Of a stretch of DNA of 64,000 nucleotides, positions 10,353 to 22,134 are shown piece by piece (the stretch's first letter is position 1; each line of letters starts with the position of its first letter). Under the pieces are notes generated by a model. It did no database searches, was not told the origin of the DNA, and saw only the letters and a program-made list of their open reading frames with translations. The stretch lies in the IMG/VR virus record IMGVR_UViG_3300042691_024885; one strand, written 5' to 3'. The DNA is from an uncultured virus (IMG/VR IMGVR_UViG_3300042691_024885) (lineage: Duplodnaviria; Heunggongvirae; Uroviricota; Caudoviricetes). The translations under genes and the position numbers were made by a program.

Positions 10353-12191
10353 ATGGCAAACAAAAAAATATCATATACAACCAGAGATTTTCAAGGGATA
10401 AGAACCGAATTAATTAATTTTACAAGAACTTATTACCCCGATCTAATCCAAAACTTCAATGATGCGGGTATTTTCTCCGTTCTATTAGATTTAAATGCTG
10501 CGGTTACTGATAACCTACATTTTAATATTGATAGAAGTATACAAGAAACTGTATTACAATATGCTCAACAAAAATCATCAATATATAATATTGCAAGAAC
10601 TTATGGTTTAAAAATACCGGGACAAAGACCATCTGTTGCTTTGGTTGATTTCTCAATTACAGTTCCTGCGTTTGGTGATAAAGAAGATTTAAGATATTGT
10701 GGAATATTAAGAAGAGGATCACAGGTTAATGGGGCTGGTCAACCATTTGAAACGGTTTATGATATTGATTTTTCTTCTGCGGTAAATGCTGAAGGATCCC
10801 CAAATAGACTAAAAATACCTAATTTTGATGGTAGTGGTAAATTACTAAACTACACCATAGTTAAACGAGAAGTTGTTGTAAATGGAATTACAAAGGTATT
10901 CAAAAGAACAATAAGTCCAAATGATATTAAACCATTCTTTGAATTATTTTTACCTGAAAAAAATGTATTAGGTATAACAAGTGTTTTATTAAAAGATGGG
11001 ACACAATATACTAATGTACCGACAGCTCAAGAATTCTTGGGATTAAATAACAGGTGGTATGAAGTTCCTGCGTTAGCAGAAAACAGAGTCTTCATTGAAG
11101 ACCCAACAAAAGTGTCAGATCAACCAGGGGTTAAAGTTGGGAAATATATAACAACAGATAGTAAATTTATAACTGAATATACTCCTGAAGGTTTCTTAAA
11201 AATGACTTTTGGTGGTGGTAATGTTTCCGCTGATGAACAATTAAGAGAATTTGCGAGAAATGGTTTTAATTTGGATTTAAGTAAGTATATAAATAATTTA
11301 GCCCTTGGATCCGCATTAAAGGCAAATACAACCTTGTTTGTACAATATAGAGTTGGTGGTGGGCAAGCAACCAATTTAGGTGTTAACGTTATAAATCAGA
11401 TTGGAACTGTGTCATTTTTTGTGAATGGGCCTTCTGAATCAACAAACACAACTGTCGTTAATTCTTTAACTTGTAACAATGTTACCGCAGCAATCGGAGG
11501 ATCAAATGCTCCGACAACGGAGGAAGTTAGACAATATGTTAGTTATAACTTTGCCGCTCAAAATAGGGCGGTTACGATTAATGATTATGAATCAATTATA
11601 AGAAATATGCCTTCACAATTTGGTGCTCCTGGTAAAGTTGCAATTACCGAAGAAAATAATAAAATTAAAGTTAAAATGTTATCATACGACTCAACAGGTA
11701 AATTAACTGAAGTTATATCAAACACATTAAAAAATAATGTTGCAAATTATTTATCAAACTATAGAATGATAAACGATTATATCTCAATTGAATCGGCAAA
11801 TGTTATTGATTTGAGTGTTAATGTTGATGTGGTTCTTGATGCAAGTCAAAATCAAGGAGTTGTGGTTGCAAAAATTATTGAACTTATAACAAATTATTTT
11901 AGCCCCTTACAAAGGCAAATGGGTGAAAATGTATATGTTTCAGAATTAAGAAGACAAATACAAAGTGAAAATGGGGTTATTAGTATTTCTGACATGAAGT
12001 TCTTTAATCAAGTTGGGGGTCAATATTCATCATCACAAACTTCACAATCATATTCTGATCCTACAACAAGAGAGATAGGGTTAGTTGCTGATACTATATT
12101 TGCAGAACCGACCCAAATATATCAAATAAGATACCCTAACACAGATATTAATGTTAGAGTTCTTAATCTTGCTACGGTGAATTTCTCTTGA
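10353..12191 (+). CDS. Baseplate wedge protein, T4 gp6 / baseplate J-like
   Basis: Motifs 'YTTRDFQGIRTEL', 'YRVGGG' and 'AQNRAVTINDY'; directly follows gp25. Confidence 0.88.
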   Translation: MANKKISYTTRDFQGIRTELINFTRTYYPDLIQNFNDAGIFSVLLDLNAAVTDNLHFNIDRSIQETVLQYAQQKSSIYNIARTYGLKIPGQRPSVALVDFSITVPAFGDKEDLRYCGILRRGSQVNGAGQPFETVYDIDFSSAVNAEGSPNRLKIPNFDGSGKLLNYTIVKREVVVNGITKVFKRTISPNDIKPFFELFLPEKNVLGITSVLLKDGTQYTNVPTAQEFLGLNNRWYEVPALAENRVFIEDPTKVSDQPGVKVGKYITTDSKFITEYTPEGFLKMTFGGGNVSADEQLREFARNGFNLDLSKYINNLALGSALKANTTLFVQYRVGGGQATNLGVNVINQIGTVSFFVNGPSESTNTTVVNSLTCNNVTAAIGGSNAPTTEEVRQYVSYNFAAQNRAVTINDYESIIRNMPSQFGAPGKVAITEENNKIKVKMLSYDSTGKLTEVISNTLKNNVANYLSNYRMINDYISIESANVIDLSVNVDVVLDASQNQGVVVAKIIELITNYFSPLQRQMGENVYVSELRRQIQSENGVISISDMKFFNQVGGQYSSSQTSQSYSDPTTREIGLVADTIFAEPTQIYQIRYPNTDINVRVLNLATVNFS

Positions 12192-12264
12192 TGATTTATT
12201 TTTACAATAAAAGAATTATTTTTTGAAAATAGGAAATAAACTATTTATCAAAAAAGATTAATTG

Positions 12265-15200
12265 ATGCCTAAATCATATAGAATAAGGACACAACCGGGT
12301 GTTGATAAGTCCATTAAAATACAATTAGATCAGGATTTTGAATACTTGGAGATCTTATCACTTAAGATACTCCAAAGTGATATATATACAAGAGTTTGTT
12401 CTGATTATGGTGTTGTTGTTGGTAGAGTATTAGTTAATGGTGGATTTGGTGTCCCAAATGCAAAAGTTTCAATCTTTATTCCAATATCAGAAGAAGATCA
12501 AAATAATCCAATTATTTCTGAATTATATCCATATACATCTCTTGATGATGTGAATGAAGATGGATATAGATATAATTTATTACCATATGAACCATCATAT
12601 CAAGGACACGCCGCAACAGGAACATTTCCATCAAGAGAAGATGTTTTAGTTAATAGTCCATTGGTTGAGGTGTATGATAAATATTATAAATTTACCGTAA
12701 AAACAAATGAAAGTGGTGATTATATGATATTCGGAGTTCCAACAGGAACTCAAACCGTGTTTATGGATGTTGATTTATCTGACATTGGTTGTTTTTCATT
12801 ATCACCACAAGATCTAATAAATGCCGGAATTGCAACAGAATCACAAGTTAATGGTAATAAATTTAAATCATCAACTAACTTAAGAGAACTACCACAACTA
12901 GTGACATTAAATAAAATAGTTGAAGTACAACCATTATGGGGAGAACCTGAGATATGTTTATTAGGAATTACAAGAGTTGATTTTGACTTAACAGGATCCG
13001 CAAATGTAAATATACAACCTACTTCAGTTTTCATGGGTTCAGTTGTCTCAACCGCAAATGAAGATTCGCTTAAGAAAAATTGTAAACCAAAAATTAATAC
13101 AGGTAATATGTGTGATTTGGTTGCAGGGCCAGGTCAGATATTATCAATAAGACAAACGATTGAAACGGATCAAAATGGGGATCCTATTCTTGAACAATAT
13201 GTTTTGGAGGAAGATGGAAAAATTATAGATGGAGATGGTACTTGGTTAACAAATTTACCAATGAATTTGGATTATATAACAACAAATGAATTTGGTGAGC
13301 AAGTTATATCAAATGATCCTACTGTCGGTATCCCAACAAAGTCAAAATATAGATTTAAAGTAAAATGGCAGAATGAAGAAGGATTGAATAATAACTTCAT
13401 GAGAGGTAATTATCTTGTTCCTAATGTGAAAGAACACGGATGGTCAAACCCAAATACTGACCCAACATCATTACCCACATTAAATTATGATTTCCAATTT
13501 GCGGTGGGTGTTACTGTTGTAACAATTACAATACCACAAGGTGGGTTAGTTTTCAGTAATGCGATAAATAATCAAGAAAATTTCTCAATTGAAATAAATG
13601 GTGTTCCTTATGGTGGGAGTTTTGAAAGTATTCCACTACCACTTGTTAACAATACTGTTCAGATAACATCAAATCCTGTTGACCCTACTCAACCACAAAG
13701 TATTGTGTTTACATATTACCCTGAAGATTATTTTCAAGTAATAAAATCATATGCGTTTAGTTTGGATTGGGATGATTATGTTGATAAACAATCGGCAATT
13801 GATTGTGAGGACACTTTTTATGAATTTCATTATAATAAAATTTATACTGTAAGTTCATTTATTGATAGATATAAAAATGGTACAAATAGATCAAGACATT
13901 TAGGTATTAAAGAAATAACTGAAAGATCTTGTCAGAGTGAAAATAATAAATTTCCCGTAAATGACGGACAAAGAAATTTTGATTTCTTGCAATTTATTAC
14001 AAGTATTTTTTTAAATATTTTAACGTTTCCGATAATAGTTCTATTATCTTTGGCGCATATTATTGCATTGATATGGCCTGTTTTAAAGTGGTTTTTTATA
14101 TTTGGGGTAAACGCTTGGTTAATATTTAGTGCTTACGAAGCGGGGGCGTCAATGGTTGGAGCGTTCCCTGCGGTTGGATTAATTGCGGTAAACGCTTTAA
14201 AATTGTTGTTCTATCTTGGATTAATTGCATTATTCAATGCAATTGTTGTTCCGGCGATTTTAAAGGTAAAAAACTTTACAAGACTTGCATTACCAATGAT
14301 ATCATATCCCGATTGTGATAGTTGTACTTGTGAAGATAAAAAAACTGAGTATGATGAGGTTGAGGGTGAAGGAACAAATCCATCAGGTTCGGTTGCGGTT
14401 GATAGTAATTCATCATTTTTAGCGGATATTAATACTAGGTCTCTGTTCTTTGGTTTAAATCCATCAAACGCATTAAATAGTCCACCTAATTATTCATTTA
14501 TACAAAACAGTTATCCTAGTCTTGCTCAAGGAGCTCAAAACGATTGGTTATCAATTTTTTCGGGTATTGATGATTCGGATCCTACCGTTACAATTAAAAG
14601 AGCTCCAAGACAATTCATAACAGATAAAGCGAGTAATGGTAGTGAATTGTATGGTTATCCTTTAACGGAAACTCTCTCTCAAAAAATGAATTCATTTAAT
14701 TTAAGGGATAAATATTTCAATAACTTTAATGTTATGAAATATAGTGTTAACGGGTCTGCGGATATTTATGATCAGGTTTTTGTTACGTTAGTAGATCCAA
14801 ATGTTATAACTGGAATTCAGTCAGGGGATATTCTATCATTCCAAAATCCATCATTAAGTGGGGATTGGAATAGGTTAACAGGTTTAACGGTAACAAATCA
14901 ATTTAATAACACTTCAATAACGGGAACTACATTTACAGGATCAACACAAATTATTAGTGGTAATTATAATGACCCAACGATGTCAACAAATTTACCACCC
15001 GTAACAATTAACATAATACAAGATACCAATGAGAGTTATTATGGTTTTGCTTCTGATATTGAATATTTTCAGTGTATAACAGGAATGACTGTAGGTGACT
15101 TCCTTGATACATCAATAGGTGGTGGTAATAGTTTTAGAGATAATTATATTCTTCATTTAACCAGATACACATGGGGGGAATGGTTTGATGAAACAGATAC

Positions 15201-17454
15201 TTCTTTAGGTTACGGGATTTATAGTTCATCAAAAAATGCAATACAACAAATCCAAAACTATAGAAATTTGGGTATCATATTTTATGTAAGAGGAGTTGAC
15301 ACATATACCCAAAGACAAAATATAAGTTATGATTTATCTAAAATATTTGGATTAGGTTGGGGTCAAAAAGTTATTACAGGAAATTTTAAACTTAATATCC
15401 CAATACGAGGTTTTATTGGAGGAACAACACCTGCAATACATAATAGATACAATAACACCGCGGCATTTAATAATAATCAATTATTTTATCCATCTTATGG
15501 GTTTTTACCTGATTTAACGCAATATAATAATAACCCAAGCACAGGGTCAGAATTACCTTATTATTATTTGTGTACCGATGATTCAGCTATAGGTGGGGTT
15601 AGTTTTTGGACTAATTTCACTGACAATGGGTCACCAACTGAAACACCATTAGGGGTCATATTGAATACCGATAACACAATAACATTTTCAAATAGATTAT
15701 TACCTATTTCTTCGGCGTATTATCAACCATTAACAAATTATTATGTTGGTGGAGGGTCATTTATATATACTTCAACATCAGATCCAACACCTGATGTTGG
15801 ATCTCCATTAACATATTGGCATTTATATTCGCCAGCATATCTTTTATATGCCCCTAGCGGAGCTTTCCCATATATGGGAACATTAAATTTTAACGATAGA
15901 CTTAAAATTGTAATGAGAAGTGATAGATTACCTATCTCAACTTCTGTTGATCAAGGTACTAATAATTATTTTGCTCTTCATCAAAATAACAATTTCACAT
16001 ATTATAAAATACCTGACGAAGGTGTTATTGGATTTACCGAAACTGTTAATATAACTTCAGATACTTCATCTGGTAATATTTCTGATGTTGATGGAAACCC
16101 AACCTTATTCACGTCTTTAACTTGTGAAAATATGGTTAGTTTAGAATGTTATACAGGATACGGAACTGGTTTTACTGTTAATAGTAGTTGTGATCAAATT
16201 GATAAAGTTGTTGGCGGTTGTTATTATCTTTTAAATAAGCCGTATGTTGCGGAACTTGGAAACGACATAAATTTATTTTTAGAATGGAAAGCAAGATTTA
16301 ATGTTATGTTTGCGGCTTGTAGAGGGGTGTTTAGTCATATGTTCCAAAACAATTGGATAAATGGTACTCTATATATGCCGTCATTTAATAAACAAACGGT
16401 ATTTAATTCTTTAGGTCAAGCTCGTTATAAATACTGTGATGATATTGTTATCTATAATGATGTAAGTAATAATTTCTATTATCGTAGTTCTCCTTGGAAT
16501 GGTAATGATTTTATAGGTGCGCCATCTCCAATACCAACATCAATATTTGGTACATCATCTCCTGATGATTCCGCAAATTCAAGACAGATACTTTTCCCAA
16601 CAACTATTTTAGATATGGGTAAGAGAGATGAATTTATCTCTGAAATATGCTCATCATCTGAATTTGAAGGTAGGTATATTGGTAATTCTTTTATGAGTAC
16701 ATCATATAATGACAGTTCGGATGTTTTACAATTAGGGATAATTTCAAGATTAGTTAACGCAACTTGGGGACAACAATTGTTCCAAGCAGGATCCGCATCA
16801 ATCAATCAATTCTTCTCAAGAACAGGACAAAGAATAGATGGGGATGTCGCTCAATCATTCTCAATAAATTCTGAATATCAAATAAATCCATTTATAAGTG
16901 GAAATTATGATGACAATACTGTATATGTTGGTCAAGACTCAACCGGGCCTGTCTTTGGTGTGTTCTATAATGCAACAGGAGTAACAAATAATAGTGAGTA
17001 TAGAAATAGAAGAGCTTTGTCTCCGGGAATTAACATATACAATTTCTCACCATTATTACAGACAATATATGGTTATCCTAAATCTCAAGAAGTACCATTG
17101 TATAAATGGAAAATAGAAAGTAGTAATAGTATTTTCGGTAATGAAGATAATAATTGGTTTACCACTGCAAATGGTAATCAAACAGGTACAGGGTTCTATA
17201 GTCAAAGGTATCAAGGGTTAGATGCGTCTAATGATGATTATTTTAAAACCGCATTAATGGGAGGATCATTCCCTAATATTTATTACGGGTTCATAACTAA
17301 TTTTGATTCAAGTGGTAATCCTGTTATAAGCACACCACCAATTGCCAATCCTGTTATTGTTGGGACTCCAAATCATTTTTATTTTGGGTTAAAGAATGGT
17401 AAAACCGCATTAAATAGGTTTATAAAACTATATATAGATACAGCAGAAGACTAA
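12265..17454 (+). CDS. Very large baseplate-region structural protein with an internal hydrophobic segment
   Basis: About 1730 aa; N-terminal beta-sandwich-like region ('GRVLVNGGFGVPNAKVSIF...TNESGDYMIFGVPTG'); located in the baseplate cluster and preceded by TATTTAT. Confidence 0.65.
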   Translation: MPKSYRIRTQPGVDKSIKIQLDQDFEYLEILSLKILQSDIYTRVCSDYGVVVGRVLVNGGFGVPNAKVSIFIPISEEDQNNPIISELYPYTSLDDVNEDGYRYNLLPYEPSYQGHAATGTFPSREDVLVNSPLVEVYDKYYKFTVKTNESGDYMIFGVPTGTQTVFMDVDLSDIGCFSLSPQDLINAGIATESQVNGNKFKSSTNLRELPQLVTLNKIVEVQPLWGEPEICLLGITRVDFDLTGSANVNIQPTSVFMGSVVSTANEDSLKKNCKPKINTGNMCDLVAGPGQILSIRQTIETDQNGDPILEQYVLEEDGKIIDGDGTWLTNLPMNLDYITTNEFGEQVISNDPTVGIPTKSKYRFKVKWQNEEGLNNNFMRGNYLVPNVKEHGWSNPNTDPTSLPTLNYDFQFAVGVTVVTITIPQGGLVFSNAINNQENFSIEINGVPYGGSFESIPLPLVNNTVQITSNPVDPTQPQSIVFTYYPEDYFQVIKSYAFSLDWDDYVDKQSAIDCEDTFYEFHYNKIYTVSSFIDRYKNGTNRSRHLGIKEITERSCQSENNKFPVNDGQRNFDFLQFITSIFLNILTFPIIVLLSLAHIIALIWPVLKWFFIFGVNAWLIFSAYEAGASMVGAFPAVGLIAVNALKLLFYLGLIALFNAIVVPAILKVKNFTRLALPMISYPDCDSCTCEDKKTEYDEVEGEGTNPSGSVAVDSNSSFLADINTRSLFFGLNPSNALNSPPNYSFIQNSYPSLAQGAQNDWLSIFSGIDDSDPTVTIKRAPRQFITDKASNGSELYGYPLTETLSQKMNSFNLRDKYFNNFNVMKYSVNGSADIYDQVFVTLVDPNVITGIQSGDILSFQNPSLSGDWNRLTGLTVTNQFNNTSITGTTFTGSTQIISGNYNDPTMSTNLPPVTINIIQDTNESYYGFASDIEYFQCITGMTVGDFLDTSIGGGNSFRDNYILHLTRYTWGEWFDETDTSLGYGIYSSSKNAIQQIQNYRNLGIIFYVRGVDTYTQRQNISYDLSKIFGLGWGQKVITGNFKLNIPIRGFIGGTTPAIHNRYNNTAAFNNNQLFYPSYGFLPDLTQYNNNPSTGSELPYYYLCTDDSAIGGVSFWTNFTDNGSPTETPLGVILNTDNTITFSNRLLPISSAYYQPLTNYYVGGGSFIYTSTSDPTPDVGSPLTYWHLYSPAYLLYAPSGAFPYMGTLNFNDRLKIVMRSDRLPISTSVDQGTNNYFALHQNNNFTYYKIPDEGVIGFTETVNITSDTSSGNISDVDGNPTLFTSLTCENMVSLECYTGYGTGFTVNSSCDQIDKVVGGCYYLLNKPYVAELGNDINLFLEWKARFNVMFAACRGVFSHMFQNNWINGTLYMPSFNKQTVFNSLGQARYKYCDDIVIYNDVSNNFYYRSSPWNGNDFIGAPSPIPTSIFGTSSPDDSANSRQILFPTTILDMGKRDEFISEICSSSEFEGRYIGNSFMSTSYNDSSDVLQLGIISRLVNATWGQQLFQAGSASINQFFSRTGQRIDGDVAQSFSINSEYQINPFISGNYDDNTVYVGQDSTGPVFGVFYNATGVTNNSEYRNRRALSPGINIYNFSPLLQTIYGYPKSQEVPLYKWKIESSNSIFGNEDNNWFTTANGNQTGTGFYSQRYQGLDASNDDYFKTALMGGSFPNIYYGFITNFDSSGNPVISTPPIANPVIVGTPNHFYFGLKNGKTALNRFIKLYIDTAED

Positions 17455-19196
17455 TGGGAATTGATGATGAAACAAGAATAATTTTAGGGTCATTAAGATA
17501 CAAAACATCTCCTAATACGATTTTATCACCAAATGTTGTATTGGAACAAACACATAAGGAGAATGTTGAGTTTGATCGTAGTGTTGATTTAAATCTTCAG
17601 CAGGTTTTTATTGATGAACGAGAAAAATCAAACATATTTAGACCTGTTACAAAATTTTCATTCATATTTAAAAATGAATATGTTGGATCCGTTTCATATA
17701 CACCATTTAAAAATAATTTATATTATACCAATGCGGTTAATAATGCGGTTTCTTCACTATCAAACCCATCTTCTCCGTGGGAAGGACATCCTCAATATTT
17801 TGAATTTGATTTCATCAGAACTGACAATAATAATGTAGGATACACCCAACCACCGAACAATCATTTAACATTCGTTAACAAAAGTGCGACAACCTATAAT
17901 TGGACGCATTATTTGAGTTATGCATATGAAAATGTTAGTAATAGGACTTTACAGGCGATTGATCCACAAACATCGGTATCATGGGTTTGGACGGTATCTG
18001 ATGGTATACCATTTATAATTGATACGGGAAGTAATAATAATACAAGAAATATATCATTTAGATGTGTGATGCCTCACGGACTTTCTGTTGGGGAATATGT
18101 TAAATTATCTTTTGATTATAATGGTCAAGATCTTTTCCTAATATCAAGTTTAGGTAATCCTGGGTTTGGTAGTGAAGAGTTTGTTTTCAACATAAGTAAT
18201 GTTGGATATACGGGAACAACATTTTTACAGGGAAATACAGGGACATTTAAAAGAGTGATAAACAACGATAATGAGTCTGAAACAATTTCAACTTATTATG
18301 TAAGAAGACATAAGATTTTAACAAATTCTGAAGATGCGATTTTGGTTAAGGCTGGATTTGAACAAAACATATTTAACTCAAAAATTAAATATGAACCAGC
18401 GGTTTTAACTCCTAATAATATTGCTAGGTCTTCCGTTAAAGAAGGTGGGCAAGCATACACATTATCCTTTAATGTTGATATTGATATAAGTGATTTGGTG
18501 GACAATCAAAAACGACCACTAACGGAATTATATTTTACAACAATATGGAGAGGTTATTTTGGATGGACAAAAGAACTTAAACAAGGGTATGAGTTTAATC
18601 TCCCATTATTTTATGGACAACCATCACCTTGGTGGGATGTTGCAAACTCTTCATCTAATACCACAATACCTACTAACACATATTTTAGTCAAACCACCCC
18701 ACCAACCGGGCCATTTATATATCATGAAAACTTACAAGTTGACGATATTATTGATGGGGATTTCTGTGAGTTTAATTCGTACGAACAAACAGAAAGGGTA
18801 ATATCTGATCTATATCATAAAATAACCTTCAACCCTTTTTGGTTCTCATTAAATAATACAATAAATGTTAACAATCAATTTGGGTATTATTATAAACCTC
18901 ACAACCCAATAACGATTAGAGTATTTTCGGATTACATTGAGGAAGGGGAATCTTTGGAAATTGTTGATATACCTGATTATTCATTCTATTCTAATTTATC
19001 TAATAGTTTTAGATGGAGAGATTTATATCCTTATGGGTTCATTGATGGTGATGGACTTGGGGTTGATTATCCATTTATGAATGGTAAACACTATCCTTTT
19101 GTTAATACCATATTTAGATTAATACCTGAAGGATCTCAAACTGCCAATCAGTTTATAAACGAAATTGATGACCCGACAATAGATGAGTGTGAGTAA
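17454..19196 (+). CDS. Putative structural (baseplate/tail) protein
   Basis: TAATG coupling to the upstream gene; aromatic, beta-rich composition. Confidence 0.6.
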   Translation: MGIDDETRIILGSLRYKTSPNTILSPNVVLEQTHKENVEFDRSVDLNLQQVFIDEREKSNIFRPVTKFSFIFKNEYVGSVSYTPFKNNLYYTNAVNNAVSSLSNPSSPWEGHPQYFEFDFIRTDNNNVGYTQPPNNHLTFVNKSATTYNWTHYLSYAYENVSNRTLQAIDPQTSVSWVWTVSDGIPFIIDTGSNNNTRNISFRCVMPHGLSVGEYVKLSFDYNGQDLFLISSLGNPGFGSEEFVFNISNVGYTGTTFLQGNTGTFKRVINNDNESETISTYYVRRHKILTNSEDAILVKAGFEQNIFNSKIKYEPAVLTPNNIARSSVKEGGQAYTLSFNVDIDISDLVDNQKRPLTELYFTTIWRGYFGWTKELKQGYEFNLPLFYGQPSPWWDVANSSSNTTIPTNTYFSQTTPPTGPFIYHENLQVDDIIDGDFCEFNSYEQTERVISDLYHKITFNPFWFSLNNTINVNNQFGYYYKPHNPITIRVFSDYIEEGESLEIVDIPDYSFYSNLSNSFRWRDLYPYGFIDGDGLGVDYPFMNGKHYPFVNTIFRLIPEGSQTANQFINEIDDPTIDECE

Positions 19197-20001
19197 ATAT
19201 AAAATACTACAATCTAGTCTTGATAGACAGATAGATATTCCTATTGAAATTAAGTGGGATTTCAGTGGTAGGGAAGATAGTGTTGAAGAATATCAAAAAA
19301 CCGTATTGGAAGAAGTTATTGGTTTGGCTAATGATTTTGAAATTGATAGATTTTCACACAATACTTATTTTGAACAAAATGTTGAAAAGACATCAATAAA
19401 TTATGAATTTTATTTTTATAGTGGTAGTACCGCAAATATACCAACCGCCAATATAACTGATTATGTGGATAGTTATCAAGTTGATGGATTTACGGGTGAA
19501 GAATTATATTACTATAGAAAACCATTTACGAAGTCCTTCTTCAAATTGGATTTTTATGATACGGCAAACCCAACAACACAAAAAAATTATTTCACAATAA
19601 TTTTGCCCGTTCAGCAAGGTTTTACCGAAAATATATCAATATCACAAACATTACCTAATGTTAATGTTAAAAAACCAAAAATGAAATTAGATTTTATTGG
19701 GGATAAAGAAGGGTTTTTTATTTATTGGTTAAGAAGTAGAGATTTCATAGATCTATCTGAATTCTATATGTCCGCTAAGTTCTTTAACGGAAGAACCGGG
19801 GTTTTCACCACCATGATTAACACACCACAATTCCAAATAGCAAGTCCTTTTACCTTTAATGGTGAAAATTATTTCTACTATAAAGTTAATTTAAATTATA
19901 ATAATAAAACTTATGAGGTTTTTAATCCAACAAATTTAGTTCAAAGAGTTGGGTTAGACTCATTACCTATTGTATGGTATGAATATGTAAATCCTGTGTA
20001 A
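19183..20001 (+). CDS. Putative structural protein
   Basis: Overlaps the upstream gene within the operon. Confidence 0.6.
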   Translation: MSVSKYKILQSSLDRQIDIPIEIKWDFSGREDSVEEYQKTVLEEVIGLANDFEIDRFSHNTYFEQNVEKTSINYEFYFYSGSTANIPTANITDYVDSYQVDGFTGEELYYYRKPFTKSFFKLDFYDTANPTTQKNYFTIILPVQQGFTENISISQTLPNVNVKKPKMKLDFIGDKEGFFIYWLRSRDFIDLSEFYMSAKFFNGRTGVFTTMINTPQFQIASPFTFNGENYFYYKVNLNYNNKTYEVFNPTNLVQRVGLDSLPIVWYEYVNPV

Positions 20002-20002
20002 T

Positions 20003-21175
20003 ATGGTAGAACAAAAATATTATTTTAAAATATCGCCCGAAAATATTAAATCCGATCTATTAACAATAAATTATATAGATGGGATTGAATATAACTATGA
20101 TATTGATCCTTGTTGTCCTATCACCGCAATTACCGAAAATACAATATCAGGTACTACAGGTGTGTATACAGGAATGACATATGTGTTATCTGGGGCATCA
20201 GGAGGTACTTCTGTGATGACAGGTTTGACGATACCATTATTGTTCACACAGACCGCGGTTGATTATGGGTACTACTCTGTATTTGATGGTGCTATCCTAC
20301 AAAAAGATGTTGTTACGAATTTCATATTTTCGGCAACAACGGGTAGTCCATATACCTATTATGTCTATAACACATCCGATCTTGAGTTTAAAACATTTTT
20401 GAATGTAACGACATTTACCATTGATTGGGGAGATGGATCCACAGTACAAACATTAAGTGGTGCTTTACCGATAACACACAACTATCCTATTGGGAATGGT
20501 CAATATGTAATAACAATAAATGCAACATCACCTTGGGGAATATCACAAGTTTCAAAAACAATCACGGTTCCATATGTGTTTGTACCAAATTTGGATCCTT
20601 TTGGTGTTGCAACTTTTACATCTTTTAATGGTAATTGGAGTGCAACCCCAATAAATTATGATTACATATTTACAGGAGACTCAAATACAGACATAAATGA
20701 TTTTTATAGTTATAACTATACTACGGTTCCTTTTATTATAACAGGATATACTCAATCATCCGTTAACGATCTTGCTCAATACGGGCCTAAATACGCACTA
20801 TCGGGAGGTAAATTTAAACTTGGGATTGAAGTAACTGGTACTTCAAATACTGTTGGGACATATTGGGGGACGGATCCTAATAATGAATACATTGCATATA
20901 CCATAAATGGTGTGGATTATTATGATTATCCTGATGGAACAACATTATATGTGATACAATCTTCAGGTTTTACACAAGATGATCTAATATTATCGGCAAT
21001 AACCAAAAATGAAGCATTAATAAATGTTATAGATCAACCTGAAATAATATCAAATGTCTTTATTGAAAGAGGAAAAATGTCTGCGTTAGAATATGTGGAA
21101 AGATTGGGTGAGGTGGACAATGTTGGTGATTTAGAGAAGTACGGATACGGATTTTTTAATGTAGAAAAACAATGA
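20003..21175 (+). CDS. Putative structural protein with PKD-like Ig domain
   Basis: 'FTIDWGDGS...ITHNY..GQYVITI' PKD pattern. Confidence 0.65.
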   Translation: MVEQKYYFKISPENIKSDLLTINYIDGIEYNYDIDPCCPITAITENTISGTTGVYTGMTYVLSGASGGTSVMTGLTIPLLFTQTAVDYGYYSVFDGAILQKDVVTNFIFSATTGSPYTYYVYNTSDLEFKTFLNVTTFTIDWGDGSTVQTLSGALPITHNYPIGNGQYVITINATSPWGISQVSKTITVPYVFVPNLDPFGVATFTSFNGNWSATPINYDYIFTGDSNTDINDFYSYNYTTVPFIITGYTQSSVNDLAQYGPKYALSGGKFKLGIEVTGTSNTVGTYWGTDPNNEYIAYTINGVDYYDYPDGTTLYVIQSSGFTQDDLILSAITKNEALINVIDQPEIISNVFIERGKMSALEYVERLGEVDNVGDLEKYGYGFFNVEKQ

Positions 21176-21225
21176 TTTTAAGTATTTATATTTAAAACGA
21201 TAAACAAAATTTAAAAATAAAAATT

Positions 21226-22134
21226 GTGGCGACAGGTAGTTACGGAACAATAAGACCCGCTGATGTTAGTCCTGATGATGTTGATATCATTTTAAACTAT
21301 ACACCAAGCAGAGACGATACTGATAATTTTGTATTAACAAAATTGGATGCAAAAACAATTTTACGACCATATTTTAACAATAATGAAACTGGCGGAAACG
21401 CTAATGTTGAAATATTGGGTGGTTTATATAATTTAAAATTACCTGCAGATCAATTTAATAAGTTAGGAATTTATACTTTATATATCAGACCTGCGGAGAT
21501 AAGAACAAGAATTACTGATTGTGGAATTTTATCGGCATTACCTAACGTAAAAGGTATTGTGATTGATGTTAATAATGTCCCAACACAATTTAGAAATAAG
21601 TTCGTTAATCAAGGATTAATTGGATTTAGAGTAGAGTATTTAAATTCCGATGGTACGAAAATACCTAATTTCTTTAGAATGATTACCTCATCATTTTATT
21701 GTGAACCTGTTATACAGAATTTAACAAATACATCACAAAAATCTATAAGATATAGATATACTGAAGGGGTAACAAATTTAGTTTTTTGTACATTATCACC
21801 ATCATCATCACCAACTAATAAACCAAACGCAACTCCATTTATAGGACAACCAAATCAAGATATTGTCATATCAAACACATTTTTTAATCCTATAACAACT
21901 GAAATTGAAATAGTTGAACACGATATATCAACACTTGCGATTGCTCTTTATGGTAATCAAACTAAATCAATTGATGACGGAATTTATACTATTTACGACA
22001 ATAATAACAACATCTTTAAACAATACAATTTGTATGAGATTAGAGATCAATTCAATGACTTATTGTATGAGGTTAGACAAGATAGAGGTAATAACATTGA
22101 CTTTACTAAGAACTTTACAAACATAACAGGATAA
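21226..22134 (+). CDS. Putative structural (baseplate) protein, GTG start
   Basis: Long ORF after a TATTTAT motif, coupled to the next gene. Confidence 0.6.
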   Translation: MATGSYGTIRPADVSPDDVDIILNYTPSRDDTDNFVLTKLDAKTILRPYFNNNETGGNANVEILGGLYNLKLPADQFNKLGIYTLYIRPAEIRTRITDCGILSALPNVKGIVIDVNNVPTQFRNKFVNQGLIGFRVEYLNSDGTKIPNFFRMITSSFYCEPVIQNLTNTSQKSIRYRYTEGVTNLVFCTLSPSSSPTNKPNATPFIGQPNQDIVISNTFFNPITTEIEIVEHDISTLAIALYGNQTKSIDDGIYTIYDNNNNIFKQYNLYEIRDQFNDLLYEVRQDRGNNIDFTKNFTNITG

